A stretch of DNA of 64,000 nt, taken from NCBI RefSeq assembly GCF_006345805.1, contig NC_043008.1:77314001-77378000 (forward strand), written 5' to 3'. A program made the position numbers and the translations under genes. The notes under the pieces are model-generated. The model did not search any database, was not told the origin of the DNA, and saw only the letters and a program-made list of their open reading frames with translations. This document shows positions 50,316-63,130 of this stretch, piece by piece. Position 1 is the first letter of the stretch; each line of letters begins with the position of its first letter. The DNA is from Octopus sinensis. Lineage: Eukaryota.

Positions 50316-51002
50316 TATTAGAAGAAATGAGGTACTCAGAAATCTTGATGGTTTTATATTTACAGATATTTATTAATATGTCACAAGTTTTTATAAATCA
50401 TATATTAGCACTTGCATCTACTCTAGTGGAGTTGTCAAATTGAACTTTTTCAGGAATTTTGTCTCTTTTTTATAGTATTATTGAGTGTGTAGGGGTGGAG
50501 AGAGATATAAGATAGTACAAGAGGGTGAGGAATGGAGAGAAATAAAAAGGAATCCAGAGAAATTTTTGAAAAGTGACATTTTGCCCCATGTGAAGTGACC
50601 AGCTGGGTTTGCCATTTCTAAAAGCCAAGAATCATTTACTATTGAAAGACTGACCAGCTGCAAAGATATCAACACATTTTTTCTTCTTTCTCTCCTTCTT
50701 CTTCCTTTCCTTCTCTTTTCCATTAACACTCCTTTCAGATCCAAAAGTACACACACACACACGCACACTCTCTCTCACTTTCTCCCCATTCCTCACCCTC
50801 TTGTACTATCTTATATCTCTCTCCACCCCTACACACTTAATAATACTATAAAAAGAGACAAAATTCCTGAAAAAGTTCAATCTGATGACTCCACTAGAGT
50901 GGACGCAAGCGCTAATAAATGATTTATAAAAACGTGACATATTAATAAGTATCTGTGTATATAAAACCATCGAGATTTCTGAGTATCTTATTTCTTCTAA
51001 TA
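50316..51002. mobile_element. Foldback/MITE with ~225-bp terminal inverted repeats
   Basis: 50316-50542 is the reverse complement of 50779-51002; flanked by (TA)n. Confidence 0.8.
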
Positions 51003-51694
51003 TATAATACCTGTACATCATCTCCAAACCTTCTAATATATATATATATACATATATATGTATGTATGTACATATATGTATGTATATATATAATATCCTA
51101 TTACTCTGTCACTCTCTCTCCCCCACTTCTCCTCCATTGCTCAGGTGGCTCTCACATGACCAACGGTTATCTTGTCCTAACTCGTGGTTCTTTCTCTCCA
51201 TTGTAGCTGGCACAAGGAAGACGTGTACTTGTCTGTCTCCTGTCCAAGCTTGATATACGTGTTCACCACCATAACATCATTTAGGTTTAGCATCACTTCT
51301 TGATTGTTTTCACTGTCCTATTTATGTTACCAATTTTGACCCTTTGTAAACTCCCAAATTTTATTTAATTTGCTTTACGGGAGCAACTGCTTTATTGAAA
51401 GCATATATTGTTGTTAAATGCTCGAAATTCAAGAGTATTAAAACTGCCAACAACTGATGAAGGGCCGTTCTTTATGTTGTTTGACTTGTTTTTCATTTGT
51501 GTCTTTCGTTATTTGAAAAAATAGTTCATATTCCATGTACTCATACTTCGTATTTTTGGCAGGATGTGCTCACATATGCATATATATATATATATATACG
51601 TGTAGATGTAAGTATGTACATATATGTATGTATGTATGCATATATATATATATATTATTTATATATATATATATATATACATACATAAATTAAA

Positions 51695-51900
51695 AATAAT
51701 AAGGGTGAAAAATTGAATATTAATTTAATTAATATCAATTTTAAAATAGTGGTCTAGCATACTGAAAAATCTGAAGATTCAGAAAAATTATATTACATAC
51801 ATATAAGAAAGATGACCACTAAGTGGACATCCATTATGCTAGAATTAGATCCCCTATGGTATACTTCTAGCATAATGGATGTTCACTTAGTGGTCAGCCT
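51695..51900. repeat. Interspersed repeat ending in a 32-bp hairpin
   Basis: taataagggtgaaaaattgaatattaattt start shared with 47538-47680; arms 51813-51844 / 51865-51896. Confidence 0.7.
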
Positions 51901-51941
51901 TCTTATATATATATATATAATATATATATATATTATATATA

Positions 51942-51973
<32 letters not shown>

Positions 51974-51990
51974 GCATACATATATATGTA

Positions 51991-52420
51991 CAGGTGTAGA
52001 AGTGGCTGTGTGGTAAGTAGCTTCCTTACCAACCACATAGTTCCGGGTTCAGTCCCACTGCGTGACACCTTGGGCAAGTGTCTTCTACTATAGCCTCGGA
52101 CTGACCAAAGCCTTGTGAGTGGATTTGGTAGGTGGAAATTGAAAGAACCCTGTCGTATATATGTATATATATATATATATAATATATATGTATGTATGTA
52201 TGTGTGTATATGTTTGGGTGTCTGTGTTTGACCCCACAACATCTCTTGACAACCGATGATGGTGTGTTTACGACCCCGTAACTTATCGGTTCAGCGCAAG
52301 AGACCGATAGAATAAGTACTAGGCTTACAAAGAATGAGTCCTGGGGTTGATTTGGTCAACTAAAAGGCAGTGCTCCAGCATGGCCACAATGAAATGATTG
52401 AAACATGTAAGAGTAAAGAG
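51991..52420 (+). mobile_element. SINE family A, full length
   Basis: Head, central (AT)n and tail all present. Confidence 0.9.
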
Positions 52421-52784
52421 CGTATATATATATATATATATATATATATGAATATATATATGTATGTATGTATACATATATACGTTATATATATATATAT
52501 ATATTCATAAACATACATACATATACAAACATGTACATAAATACATATTGAAAGTGATAGAAATGAAACTAATATATATAGTTACATAATGAAGTTAGTT
52601 GAAATTGAAACAATGTAATAGTGAAAGTATTAGTAGATTCATAGAGATGCTATTGTTTCAGTTTTTGACATGTAATACAGAAACAGTGTAAGAGAGAAGA
52701 GATTGCTCTGGGCTCGCACTAGGCAAGAAGCTGAAAATGTTTTTGGCCCATGACAAACAGGCAGACAGACATTTATATATATAT

Positions 52785-52950
52785 GTGGCTGTGTGGTAAG
52801 TAGCTTGCTAACCAACCACATGGTTCCGGGTTCAGTCCCACTGCGTGGCATCTTGGGCAAGTGTCTTCTGCTATAGCCCCGGGCTGACCAATGCCTTGTG
52901 AGTGGATTTGGTAGACGGAAACTGAAAGAAGCCTGTCGTATATATGTATA

Positions 52951-53012
<62 letters not shown>

Positions 53013-53236
53013 ATGTGTGTGTGTGTGTTTGTGTGTCTGTGTTTGTCCACCTAGCATTGCTTGACAACGATGCTGGTGTGTTTACGTCCCCGTCACTTAG
53101 CGGTTCGGCAAAAGAGGCCGATAGAATAAGTACTGGGCTTACAAAGAATAAGTCCCGGGGTCGATTTGCTCGACTAAAGGCGGTGCTCCAGCATGGCCGC
53201 AGTCAAATGACTGAAACAAGTAAAAGAGTAAAAGAG
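52785..53236 (+). mobile_element. SINE family A, full length, young
   Basis: gtggctgtgtggtaag...cagtcaaatgactgaaacaagtaaaagagtaaaagag. Confidence 0.92.
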
Positions 53237-53268
<32 letters not shown>

Positions 53269-54677
53269 ACAATACGAACAAGATATTTTTTTCTTTTTTT
53301 CCTCAAATATGGTATTGCAGTTAGAACAGTAGAGGGAGAGAGGAAAGAGAGAGAGAAAGAGAAAGATGTATGTATGAATAACTATATTTTGTATTAGAAT
53401 ATTTTTCTGTTAATCTAAATGCAATGTTTGGTCACATTAAGTTGTGGTACATTTACTGAAGACCACTGAAGATGATTCTGTCTCAATGTTAATCTTGTTA
53501 TTTTAGCAAGTTTGGAAAATTTGCTTATTTCCGCCAAACTAGTCAGACATCTGCTACAAGATTCTTATAACTGAGAACACAGACTTATCAAAACATTTAA
53601 GTGGGTGATGTGTGTGTGCTATGTGAAAGGAGAATGAAAATAAAATGTCTTGACACCAGTTTCAAAATGATATGGTTATCTGTGATAAACTTCAATGAAG
53701 GTTTATAGTTTGTCATAATGAAGCCTGTGAATAAATCTCATCTGCAGTTGATTGGTAAGAATTTAACTGTCAATAGAGAGTAAAAACAATGTCAAGAGAT
53801 AATATAGAAAGCAGTTAAATTAGGCAACAGCAGCTGTTTACATTTTATGTTAAGATTGTTTGTAAGAAACTGTTTCTCTGGTGTCACCTACTTGGCTTTG
53901 CACAGTTTGTGTTTGGAAGCTGGTGCTGGATGACTTCAACATGTAAACTGTGTTACACATCTAATGTTGAAGTGTGAAATATGTGTAAGAATGTGAGAAA
54001 CTGATCTGTGTTATTTGAAGAAAAGTTATAAAGAAAGTAAAATCATTTGATTCTATGAGTGATTTTAATTTTTTATGAAGGACCCATCCAGAAACTTTTC
54101 TTTCTGTTTATAATCCCTTACAACTAAACAAACTCAGTTTTAATGTGTTACTAACAACTGACTGTACAGTATGGTTTGTCCACAAGGTGGTGCCATAGGA
54201 TCTCAGGTACTGTAAATACATGGATCATATTTAGTCATTTGATAGTGTACTGTAGCTCTTTATCAACAGCAGAAATGGGGTTGAATAAAAGCAATAGCAA
54301 CAAGAACAACAACAAATATCTATTGATTACAACCTAAATATCTGTTATTGTAGCTGAAACATCAGTTAATTAAAATCTAAATATCTGTTAATTATAACAT
54401 AATTTTTTATTATAACTAAAGTATCTGTTAATTAACTATCAATTGTTGACTTGCATTTTTCTCACTTTTATCAGTAAATGTCATAGGATCTATTTTGCAA
54501 TCGGTTTGAAAGTAATGTTGACGATGATGGTGACAGTGGTGTATAATGGGTGGCATTGGTTGTGGATATTGGTAGTGATGGTGCTGTAGTTAGTAGTGGT
54601 GGCGGTCTAGGGATTTAAGACAACAATATGGATTGAACTGCTAACCTTGAGGTCAGTGGTATTTACTTATCTCACCA

Positions 54678-54912
54678 AGGCGGTGAGCTGGCAGAAACAT
54701 TAGCACACTGGGCAAAATGCTTTGTGGTATTTCGTCTGTCGTTACGTTGTGAGTTCAAATTCTGCCGAGGTCGACTTTGCCTTTCATCCTTTCGGGGTCG
54801 ATAAATTAAGTACCAGTTACGTACTGGGATCGATGTAATTGACTTAATACCTATGTCTGTCCTTGTTTGTCCCCTCTATGTTTAGCCCCTTGTGGGTAGT
54901 AAAGAAACAGGT
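54678..54912 (+). mobile_element. tRNA-type SINE family B, full length
   Basis: ggcggtgagctggcagaa...gagttcaaattctgccgagg (B box-like)...gtgggtagtaaagaaacagg. Confidence 0.88.
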
Positions 54913-55211
54913 ATTTACTTATCTAATATCAACTTCACCAACACTATAATAATGATTGTTGGAGCTATCACTTGTCATTGTTTCATGTCCATTTCAGTTG
55001 GAACTGTCTGTTAACTGGACATAAGTGTATCTAGACTACTTTATCCAATGTGTCTTTTTTGAAAGATAGTATAGAATTATTTCTGGAAGCATCAGTAGCA
55101 AATGTAAGTCAGCTTAGGATGATGAGGATGATGACAATGATGATGATAATGATAATGAAAATGATGATGATGAAGATGATGATGATGATAATGATGAATT
55201 TCCATACTTAC

Positions 55212-55959
55212 CTCCACCACATGGCTCAGAACATTTGGTAAATCCCACAATATTCCATGTGTAAATAACTTCCAACTGATCTGATGTCCCTGTGTTTGAA
55301 TTAGGCACCACAGGAACATTATTGTGCACTTTAGTTAATTGTAATTTAGAATGATGCTGCCTTTGTTCTGGTTTATGAAGGTTATTACGATAACGTGTAT
55401 GATTGGAGTAAAACTTGCTGGCTGAGAAATACTGTCGATTAGAAGTTCTGTAAGCAGCATAACGCGAACCACTGATTCTATTGCCTTGATTGTTTAGGTA
55501 AGGTTTGTGGTGCTTCTCTCGACCAGTAGTTGAATTGTTGATTTTTGAAGAAATAATTCTAGAATATTGATTTTGGTGGTGAGGATAGGGTCTCCGACGA
55601 CTGGCTCTAAGATTAGAGTTCCATTTATATCCTGAATTTGCACTCCCAGATGATGAACCAAGAGCTTGGTTTGAGTCAAATGAAGGAATATAGTAAGGTC
55701 CAGGACGTCTGTTAATATTCCTAGAATTACTGAGAAGCTTTGTACCCAAGAAATTCTGGTGTTCACTGTCCTGACGATGATGTTGACGATGATGGGAATA
55801 GTGATGATTACGGTGTGACCGTTGACCATGATGCTGAGATTCCGATGGATTAACCCTTTCTGAAACATCACTTTTCATTTTATCAAGTATCTTTGGAACC
55901 ATTCCAGTTGGTATGGAATATTCATAAAATATTCCTGGGTTTCTGTCATAGACTAACAG
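55212..55959 (-). CDS. THSD4: THSD4-like exon 3; spacer end, low-complexity linker, start of TSP1 repeat 1
   Basis: caatttcag|CTG acceptor, G|gtaagt donor; 748 nt, phase 0-1; LLVYDRNPGIFYEYSIP...YTWNIVGFTKCSEPCGG. Confidence 0.92.
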
Positions 55960-56946
55960 CTGAAATTGAGAAAGACAGGTGAATGTTGTATTAGTTATTT
56001 TCATTATTTTCAACAACTGATATTAACAAACACTCACACACACACACACACCACACACACACACACATTCACATATTTAAAAGATATTAAGTTTTTGGTA
56101 AATTGCAACAATTTCCATCCAAGAATGATGAACTGATGTGCAAACTAAAAATCTGCCATTTTCCCATTATTATTATTAAGTGTATCATGTTATTGAAGAC
56201 TTGGTTTTTGGATTATATTTGTGCCATGTAATTATTTTTAGGAATTTGATTTACAAGTACATATAAAACTATAAATTATAACATGTAGATATTTGATTAA
56301 AAAGTCCTTTTGGATAAAAAAAGCTGAAAGCTGCCTGTGAGACACAAATCCATATTTCCTAAGCCTTCAACATTTTCTGTCCAAAAGGATTTTTCAACCC
56401 AATGTCAACAAGCTATTACTTAATAGCTTTATATGTACTTTGAAATCCAATTCTGAAAAGGAATTGTTCCACATTCTCTCAAATGTTTATAAATTCTTAT
56501 GATACTTAGAAATAATGTCTGTAATTACATATTTCCTTCCAAGTCATCCTTTGATTTTACTTTCACCTAATGGGTCGAACTCATTTGATAAAACCAGTTT
56601 TAAATGAAGAAGTATTGTAAGCAAGAGGTGACAACCATGTAAACTGACAAGAGATTTTACTGTAGAGAAATAACATCATATATTTTCTATAACAACATTG
56701 GAAATTCTGGTATTTGAAACAGAAAAACATGATAAGAACCCTGCTAAGTTAACCTAGACATTCACATCTAAAATGTTTTACAATGTTTATTCCTTGCCAG
56801 CAAGAGTTGGATGGTTTCTTCTGCAATATGGGGTGCATTTGATTCCATTATGTCATTCCCCACCTCTAGGGAACAGTGCAGAAGTAAGCCAAAATGATTG
56901 TTGTTTTAAATAAAGCTTCCAGTACATTCTGTCTTCTGTATTTAGA

Positions 56947-56947
<1 letters not shown>

Positions 56948-56981
<34 letters not shown>

Positions 56982-57020
56982 GTGTGTGTGTGTGTGTTGT
57001 GTGTGTGTGTGTGTGGTGTG

Positions 57021-57051
<31 letters not shown>

Positions 57052-57085
57052 TGTGTGTTTGTGTGTGTTTGTGTGTGTGTGTCCA
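56948..57085. repeat. (GT)n microsatellite, interrupted
   Basis: Directly visible; source of poly-CV and poly-HT pseudo-ORFs. Confidence 0.95.
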
Positions 57086-57699
57086 TGCATGTGTAGAGGT
57101 GTAAACCATACCAGAATCCCTAAATACTGTTACTTGAAGAAATACCTGCTAAAATTTGGAAATGAACATATTGAGTTTAAATCTTACTGAAGTAGACTTT
57201 ATTTTGAATTCTGGATTAATTCAATAAATATCACTGATATACTCAAGTGAGTTTACCTAATCAGAAAATATTCACAACAGTTACTAACCCTATACAAAAC
57301 TCAGGTAATACCCACACTAGAAAATTGCTTTCATGTTTTATATGGTGCTGATACTGCATACCTTTTTACTTCTTATACAATAACTTAGTTTTGCGCCACT
57401 TCCTGACAGGTAATCCTGGTTCTCTCTCCACCTGTTGCCATACAAATTGTGTCCACTCCAGGTCTACACTAACCACTGCACCTAATTTTTCTTCTTCACA
57501 ATTTAGCTTCATTAGTATTTGCCCCCACTCTATAATTCCTTCTCATTCAAGTTTTCTTGCAACTATTAACTTACTGTTGTTTCAGAGCAGCAACCACCCC
57601 AGTCTCATAATATCCACAAAAGTTATGGGTACTGTCATTTCCTCAAAAATAAAACCAATGAAACATGTTGATATTATGAAATAAACTGAGTTCACTTAC

Positions 57700-57872
57700 C
57701 TCTAGCATCAAAGTATGTTTCGTTGGGCCTTTTGTGTAAATACACTCTCCTACACATTTCTTACCAGCATATTCTTTATAGTGAATTTCTGTACCAGAGG
57801 TTTTATATAAACCAGGAGAACTTCTTCTCCAGTGGCCATTCAATATATAAGTCCCATCAGAAGTTTTTAAGG
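57700..57872 (-). CDS. THSD4: THSD4-like exon 2; ADAMTS spacer domain
   Basis: acttttag|CC acceptor, GAG|gtaagt donor; 173 nt, phase 1-0; (A)LKTSDGTYILNGHWRRSSPGLYKTSGTEIHYKEY...CIYTKGPTKHTLMLE. Confidence 0.93.
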
Positions 57873-58578
57873 CTAAAAGTTACATACAAGAAAACAAAAT
57901 ATAAAAATGTAGATTTCTAGAAATTTTTGTTATGATAGAGATATTTTGTTATTAATGAATGTCTTAATGTCTGCTATAGTCATGGTTAATAAGAATATCA
58001 TGTCAGACATTTAGTTCGAGACAAATGTCTATCTCATATTTACATTTACATCTACATTATATATTTTCAGCAATTTGATCTCTATCCATTATCTTATTTA
58101 TGGATGTGTACATAGCAGGATTAGAACAAAGAAACTTTATTTCTAAAGTGCAGGTAAGAATGTTGGATACATGTATATTATTTAAAATAAAAGTCCCCAG
58201 TTTGAATCCAACCCAGGACTCTACACACATTTGGGAATTAGGAGTGAGACATGTCAGACAGACAGACTAGAGAAAACAGCTGGTGAAATACAATGACTGA
58301 TGTATCACACCAATATACATTAACACTAATTTGCAGAATACAGTCTTACACACACAACACCACTCCTTATCATACAGACACACAGACACACTCACATAAA
58401 CATATACACAATCCCTGATATACATACACCATACCACAAATACACAGACATACACACATAATATACTATTCATACACTTATACTTATATCTCATACACAG
58501 TTTGTCATACACAGTTCTACACCCCCACACTCCCACACACATGTATGCACATGAGAATGAAATTAATTGAAGCCTTAC

Positions 58579-58783
58579 CCAACAAGTTACGACTGGCTGT
58601 CGTTTCTGTGATGTTGATATTGCAGGCCCCTTTAGGGAGGTTGAGAATTGTGTTATATCCTGAGGGTAGATTGGGTGGGGTATAGAACCCCTTCATAATA
58701 TTGCAAGTTTCATTTCTACCCCCACATACCCCACATCGATCGAATTCTTTTCCAGATCCAACAATATTGTCACAACCAATTTT
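58579..58783 (-). CDS. THSD4: THSD4-like exon 1 in window; Cys-rich module end and spacer start
   Basis: tttttttcag|AAA acceptor, G|gtaagg donor; 205 nt, phase 0-1; KIGCDNIVGSGKEFDRCGVCGGRNETC...GYNTILNLPKGACNINITE. Not in ORF track. Upstream exons not found before 64000. Confidence 0.94.
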
Positions 58784-58805
58784 CTGAAAAAAAAAGGAAG
58801 AAATT

Positions 58806-59025
58806 ATCTCTTATTATAAAAGGCAGATTTTATCTGCCTCCCTTTGGGAGTTATACAAATCTACAATATAGGATTTCTTCAATTACAATTTACCTTGCAT
58901 TTTTAAGAGTACAATGCATCGCGTCATGCCAGGTCCAGTTTTTAAAATTTAAACTCCAATTAAGCAAAATTTACAGAAAACTCACATTCTGGTGTGTGTG
59001 TCAAATGCTTTTCTTAGTCTGGTTT
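58806..59025 (+). mobile_element. Helitron-like 5' fragment
   Basis: Starts a|tctcttattataaaaggc; no 3' CTAG end seen. Confidence 0.4.
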
Positions 59026-59426
59026 ACAGCACACGCAAACGCACACACACACTGTGTAACGAATAAAGTGAAACTAGATGTAATATTTGTTTCTGTCTAT
59101 CACGCTGATAGATACATGAGTAAAATGTATGGGAAGCTAACAAATAAGAGTGAGTGAAAATGTTCTTGGAAGAGAGTAAATTTGAAGCTTGAGAACAATC
59201 AGATACATTTGCAACACATCTGTTGAAAATATTATTGTTCACACACATACATATACATATATACATACAGACAGACAGACAGATAGACACACACACACAC
59301 ACATGATCCAGCATGGCCACAACCTCAAGGGTGAAACATATAAAAGAATAACAGAATATAAATGTGTGCATGTGTGTGAGAGAAAGAGTGTGTGTGTATA
59401 TGTATGCATGTATGTATATATATATA

Positions 59427-60015
59427 ATAATGCGGTTTTTTTCAACAGCTTGAACTAAAAGTCAGAGGGGAATGGGATAAACTACTTATATTAACTTGCT
59501 ATAAAAGCAGGTAGTAATTTTATCTTGTCCTTATTCATAGTGCAAGTTTTGAAGAGTGCATTTCGATTTTAACAGCTATTTTTTCAAAGCTATGTTGGAA
59601 GTAACAAAGGAGCATATTTGGCATATTTTGCTTTATGAGTTCAATAAAGACAACAACGCAACGGAAAGTACAAGAAATATTAATGCAGTATATGGGGATT
59701 GGACAATAAGCGTAAGGCAGTGTCAATGGTGGTTCCAGAAATTCCGAGCCATAAACTACAGCCTAGAAGACGAGCCTCATCCTGAAAGATCTGTAGAACT
59801 CGACAAGGACATCCTGAAAACCCTGGTGGAACAAAATCTCATCGTAACTGTTGAGGAACTAGCAGAGAAGCTTGGATTTGGTCATTCAACCATTCATTGA
59901 GACCTGTGTGCTATCGGAAAAGTCAGCAAATTGGGTCAATGGGTTCCTCACGAACTTTCCGAGTCTAATTGCATGCAGAGAGTGAATGTATGCTTTTCTT
60001 TGCTGTCACATCTCA
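59427..60015 (+). mobile_element. mariner 5' fragment
   Basis: ORF 59556-59900 (KEHIWHILLYEF...QWWFQKFR...YSLEDEP) then GQWVPHELS; partial TIR aataatgcggttttt matches the TIR at 23526-23557. Confidence 0.85.
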
Positions 60016-60035
60016 CCACTACTGCGCTATGTATA

Positions 60036-60675
60036 TCTATATATATAAAACTGTAGTTGTGTGAGTGTCTGTCCCCTTCGATTTAGATTCCTAACTACTC
60101 CCACATTTTGCGGTGCAGTTTAACCAAATTCGGGTAGCTTATAGTCGTGATTCATATCGAGCCCGTCTGAGTATTAGCGCGCGTCTACGATGAGTCTACG
60201 ATTTTAAAAATAATTTAACATCATTTTTTATTCCATTTTTAATGCATAATTTTTCGTGTGTCGATGGCGGCGGAGTTGGCGTCCACGCTCACACCTGCAC
60301 CTGTGGGGAAGGGAGTGTAAGGAAATCAACGTCGTAATGCGTTGTCAAGGAGACCAGCGTTCTTTTAGAACAACGACTTCATGGCTTGAAGACACCAAAA
60401 CAGAAATGGCTAAGAAAGCGTCTACATGAGTCTACGATTTAAAAAAAAATTTACCATCGTTTTTTTTTTCCCTTTTAATGCATTTTTTCGCTATTATATA
60501 AGGGAAGTAACTCTCTAAAAATGTCTACGATGAGTCAACGATTTAAAAAAAAATTTACCATCAAATTTTTTCCATTTTTAATGCATTTTTTGCTATTTTT
60601 TGGCTATAACTCTCTAAAAATGCTTATATAGTTATTTTCCTTACAAACCCGAGCAACGCTGGGCGATACTGCTAG
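60036..60675 (+). mobile_element. Non-autonomous Helitron, both ends present
   Basis: 5' a|TCtatatatataaa; 3' hairpin cccgagcaacgctggg then CTAG|t; three internal ~60-bp repeats. Confidence 0.85.
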
Positions 60676-60714
60676 TTGTTAATAATATAAGTAATAATTC
60701 TTTCTACAATAGGC

Positions 60715-60913
60715 ACAAAGCATGAAATTTGGTGGATGGGGGCTAGTTTATTTCAACTACCCCAGTACTCAACTGGTACCTATTACATCAACCGTGAAAT
60801 GATGAAAGCCAAAGTCAACTTCAGCTGCATTTGAACTCAGAATGTATAGCCAGAAGAAATACTGCCAAGCATTTTGCCCAGCATGTTAATGGTTCTGCCA
60901 GCTCACTGCCTTC

Positions 60914-60947
<34 letters not shown>

Positions 60948-60984
60948 TAATAATAATAATTATAATAATAATTATAATAATAAT

Positions 60985-61027
<43 letters not shown>

Positions 61028-61960
61028 GTAATACAGGTTTGAAATTTTGACACAAGGAGAGCAATTAAAGAAGGGGCTAAGTCAATTACATTAACCCCAG
61101 CAATCAACTGATACTTATTTTGCTAACCTCGAAAGGATGAAAGGCAAAGTTGACCCCAGTAGCACTTGAACCCAGAATGTAAAGATGGATGAAATGCCAC
61201 AAGGCATTTTGCCCAGCATGCTAATGATTTTGCCAGTTCACTCCTTTAATAACAACAACAACAACAACAGCAGCAGCAGCAACAACAACAACAGCAGCAG
61301 CAACAACAATAACAACAACAACAACAATAATGAAAATAATAATAATAATAATATTGTTTGACCTTAACCAGTTGAGCATGTCCCTTAGTGGCTGACGATA
61401 TGTGCATCTCTGATCACGAGCAGAAGTAGTGGGGGAGCATCATAGTCATGTGTTGAGAGGGATTCTTTGGGGTTTGAATCATTCACCTCTGGAAACATGG
61501 GTGTTTTGTTCAACATCCTTAAACAATCCTTATTCAAGGACCTTTTGAGTGTGATGGGTTACTCGACCAGAAGAAAATTCTAACTGGGCCCCACCTGCAA
61601 GGTCATGTGCTGTTTATCTTGATATGAGATCACCATGTCGCCTAGTATACCCTTATCAGACGGGTAGTCATGATGGGTATACTGGGCTTCGTATATTTTA
61701 CCCTGGTGTCACTTTGATGGCATGCACTGCTCTCTAACTCAATAATAATAATAATAATAATAATGATTTCAAATTTTGGGACAAGGCCAACAACTTCAGA
61801 AGAAAGGGTAAGTCAACTGCATTGACTCCAGTACTCAACTGGTACTTATTTTAGCCATTCAAAAAGGACAGAAGGTAAAATTGACCTTAGCTGAATCTGA
61901 ACTAGAACACAAAGATGAATGAAATGCTGCTAAGGATTTTGCACAGTATTCTAATGATTT
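60715..61960 (-). mobile_element. Three degenerate SINE-B copies (~60715-60912, ~61030-61225, ~61775-61960) separated by (AAT)n, (AAC/AGC)n and the (TTA)n-associated repeat (61355-61740)
   Basis: Each shows caactggtac/caactgatac, atgaaaggcaaagt-like and cattttgcccagcatg motifs. Confidence 0.75.
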
Positions 61961-62454
61961 CAAAGTGAAAAGTGAAACAGAAATTCAAAATTAGAGAAAG
62001 TCAAATTCAAAAGTTTGAATAGGAGATCCTACGTTCACACTTTGATGGAACGACATTATCAATCTTCAATTTTCAATCTTAAAACTGACAAAAAGAAAGA
62101 TAAAAACGAGAAAAAAGAAAAGGAAAAGATGATGATGATGATGATTTCTGCTATTTGCTACCAAGAAACAGATGGAGGGGAATTTACAAAGAGGATTTTA
62201 AGAATGATTGAAGAAAAAGTATAAATGGTAAACAGCATTAACAGGATGACAATGATGATTATGACCAAGATGATGATGACGATGACGAAGATGATCATCA
62301 TCATCATCCTGCAATCCTCCTGATATAGAAGAACATCTAGGGCAACCAAGAAGTCTCCACAGATCCCAAGTCATCCTGCTGATTAGGAGCACTGAGGCAA
62401 GTGTTCTTCCTACCTCTGTAATTTTCAGCTTACAGGTGCATGTTTAGTGTAGGC

Positions 62455-63130
62455 CAGGGGTTGGGGAACTTTTTAAACCAATTACTTCAAAATATATTTA
62501 TTTATGCTGACATTAAACCTTGATTAAAAAGGAAGAAAATCCCAGATTCTTTGAATTCAAAAGGTTTACTGAATCTATTTATATAGCGAATACAATTATG
62601 AATATACAAAGTATAAAACAAATGTGATGAAATAAATTAATATCCTCATTATGAAACAAAAAGATTTTTCTAGAAACTTTTTCACATGAGGTTTTGGAGA
62701 AATGATGTTATAATTACATCAAAATTGGGGCATTCTGATGTCAGAAGAATTTGGATACAGTCTTGGGGGGGGGGCAATCAATTTCGTTAAAAAGGTTGAA
62801 TTGAATAACTACCTAAATCTACTTAAACAAATCAAAAACACGGGTATCAAAAAATAAGGCTAAGGCAGGTAATAGGCAGCTGACAAATAATGTGTTTAGT
62901 CACTTGACAATGCCTTAGCAACCAAATTGTTTGTAGTTCAAAATGACATGCTGTTTCCTAGACATGCCTATTACATTGGACAGATGCAGTGTTGCAAGAA
63001 GAAAATTTTCTGTTATAACAAGGAACATGTTTTTTATATAATTTTACTCATGTCTAATGAGTCTTTATTGCCCACAAGGATTTCATTTTTACTCCACTTG
63101 GAGTAATTTACCCCAGTTCACTACCCACTG
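62455..63130. mobile_element. Old hAT (Charlie-like) non-autonomous element
   Basis: Ends caggggttggggaactt / cagttcactacccactg (12 of 17 matches); imperfect 8-bp TSD gtgtaggc / gtgtagat. Confidence 0.5.

Noticed and set aside
48803-54912. tRNA genes suggested by Pol III A/B box-like motifs
   Set aside because: These are SINE heads; no cloverleaf with a complete acceptor stem could be drawn.
58100-58160. Plus-strand AG...CAG|GTAAG micro-exon suggesting a nested antisense gene
   Set aside because: Single isolated splice-like signal with no partner exons or coding signal.
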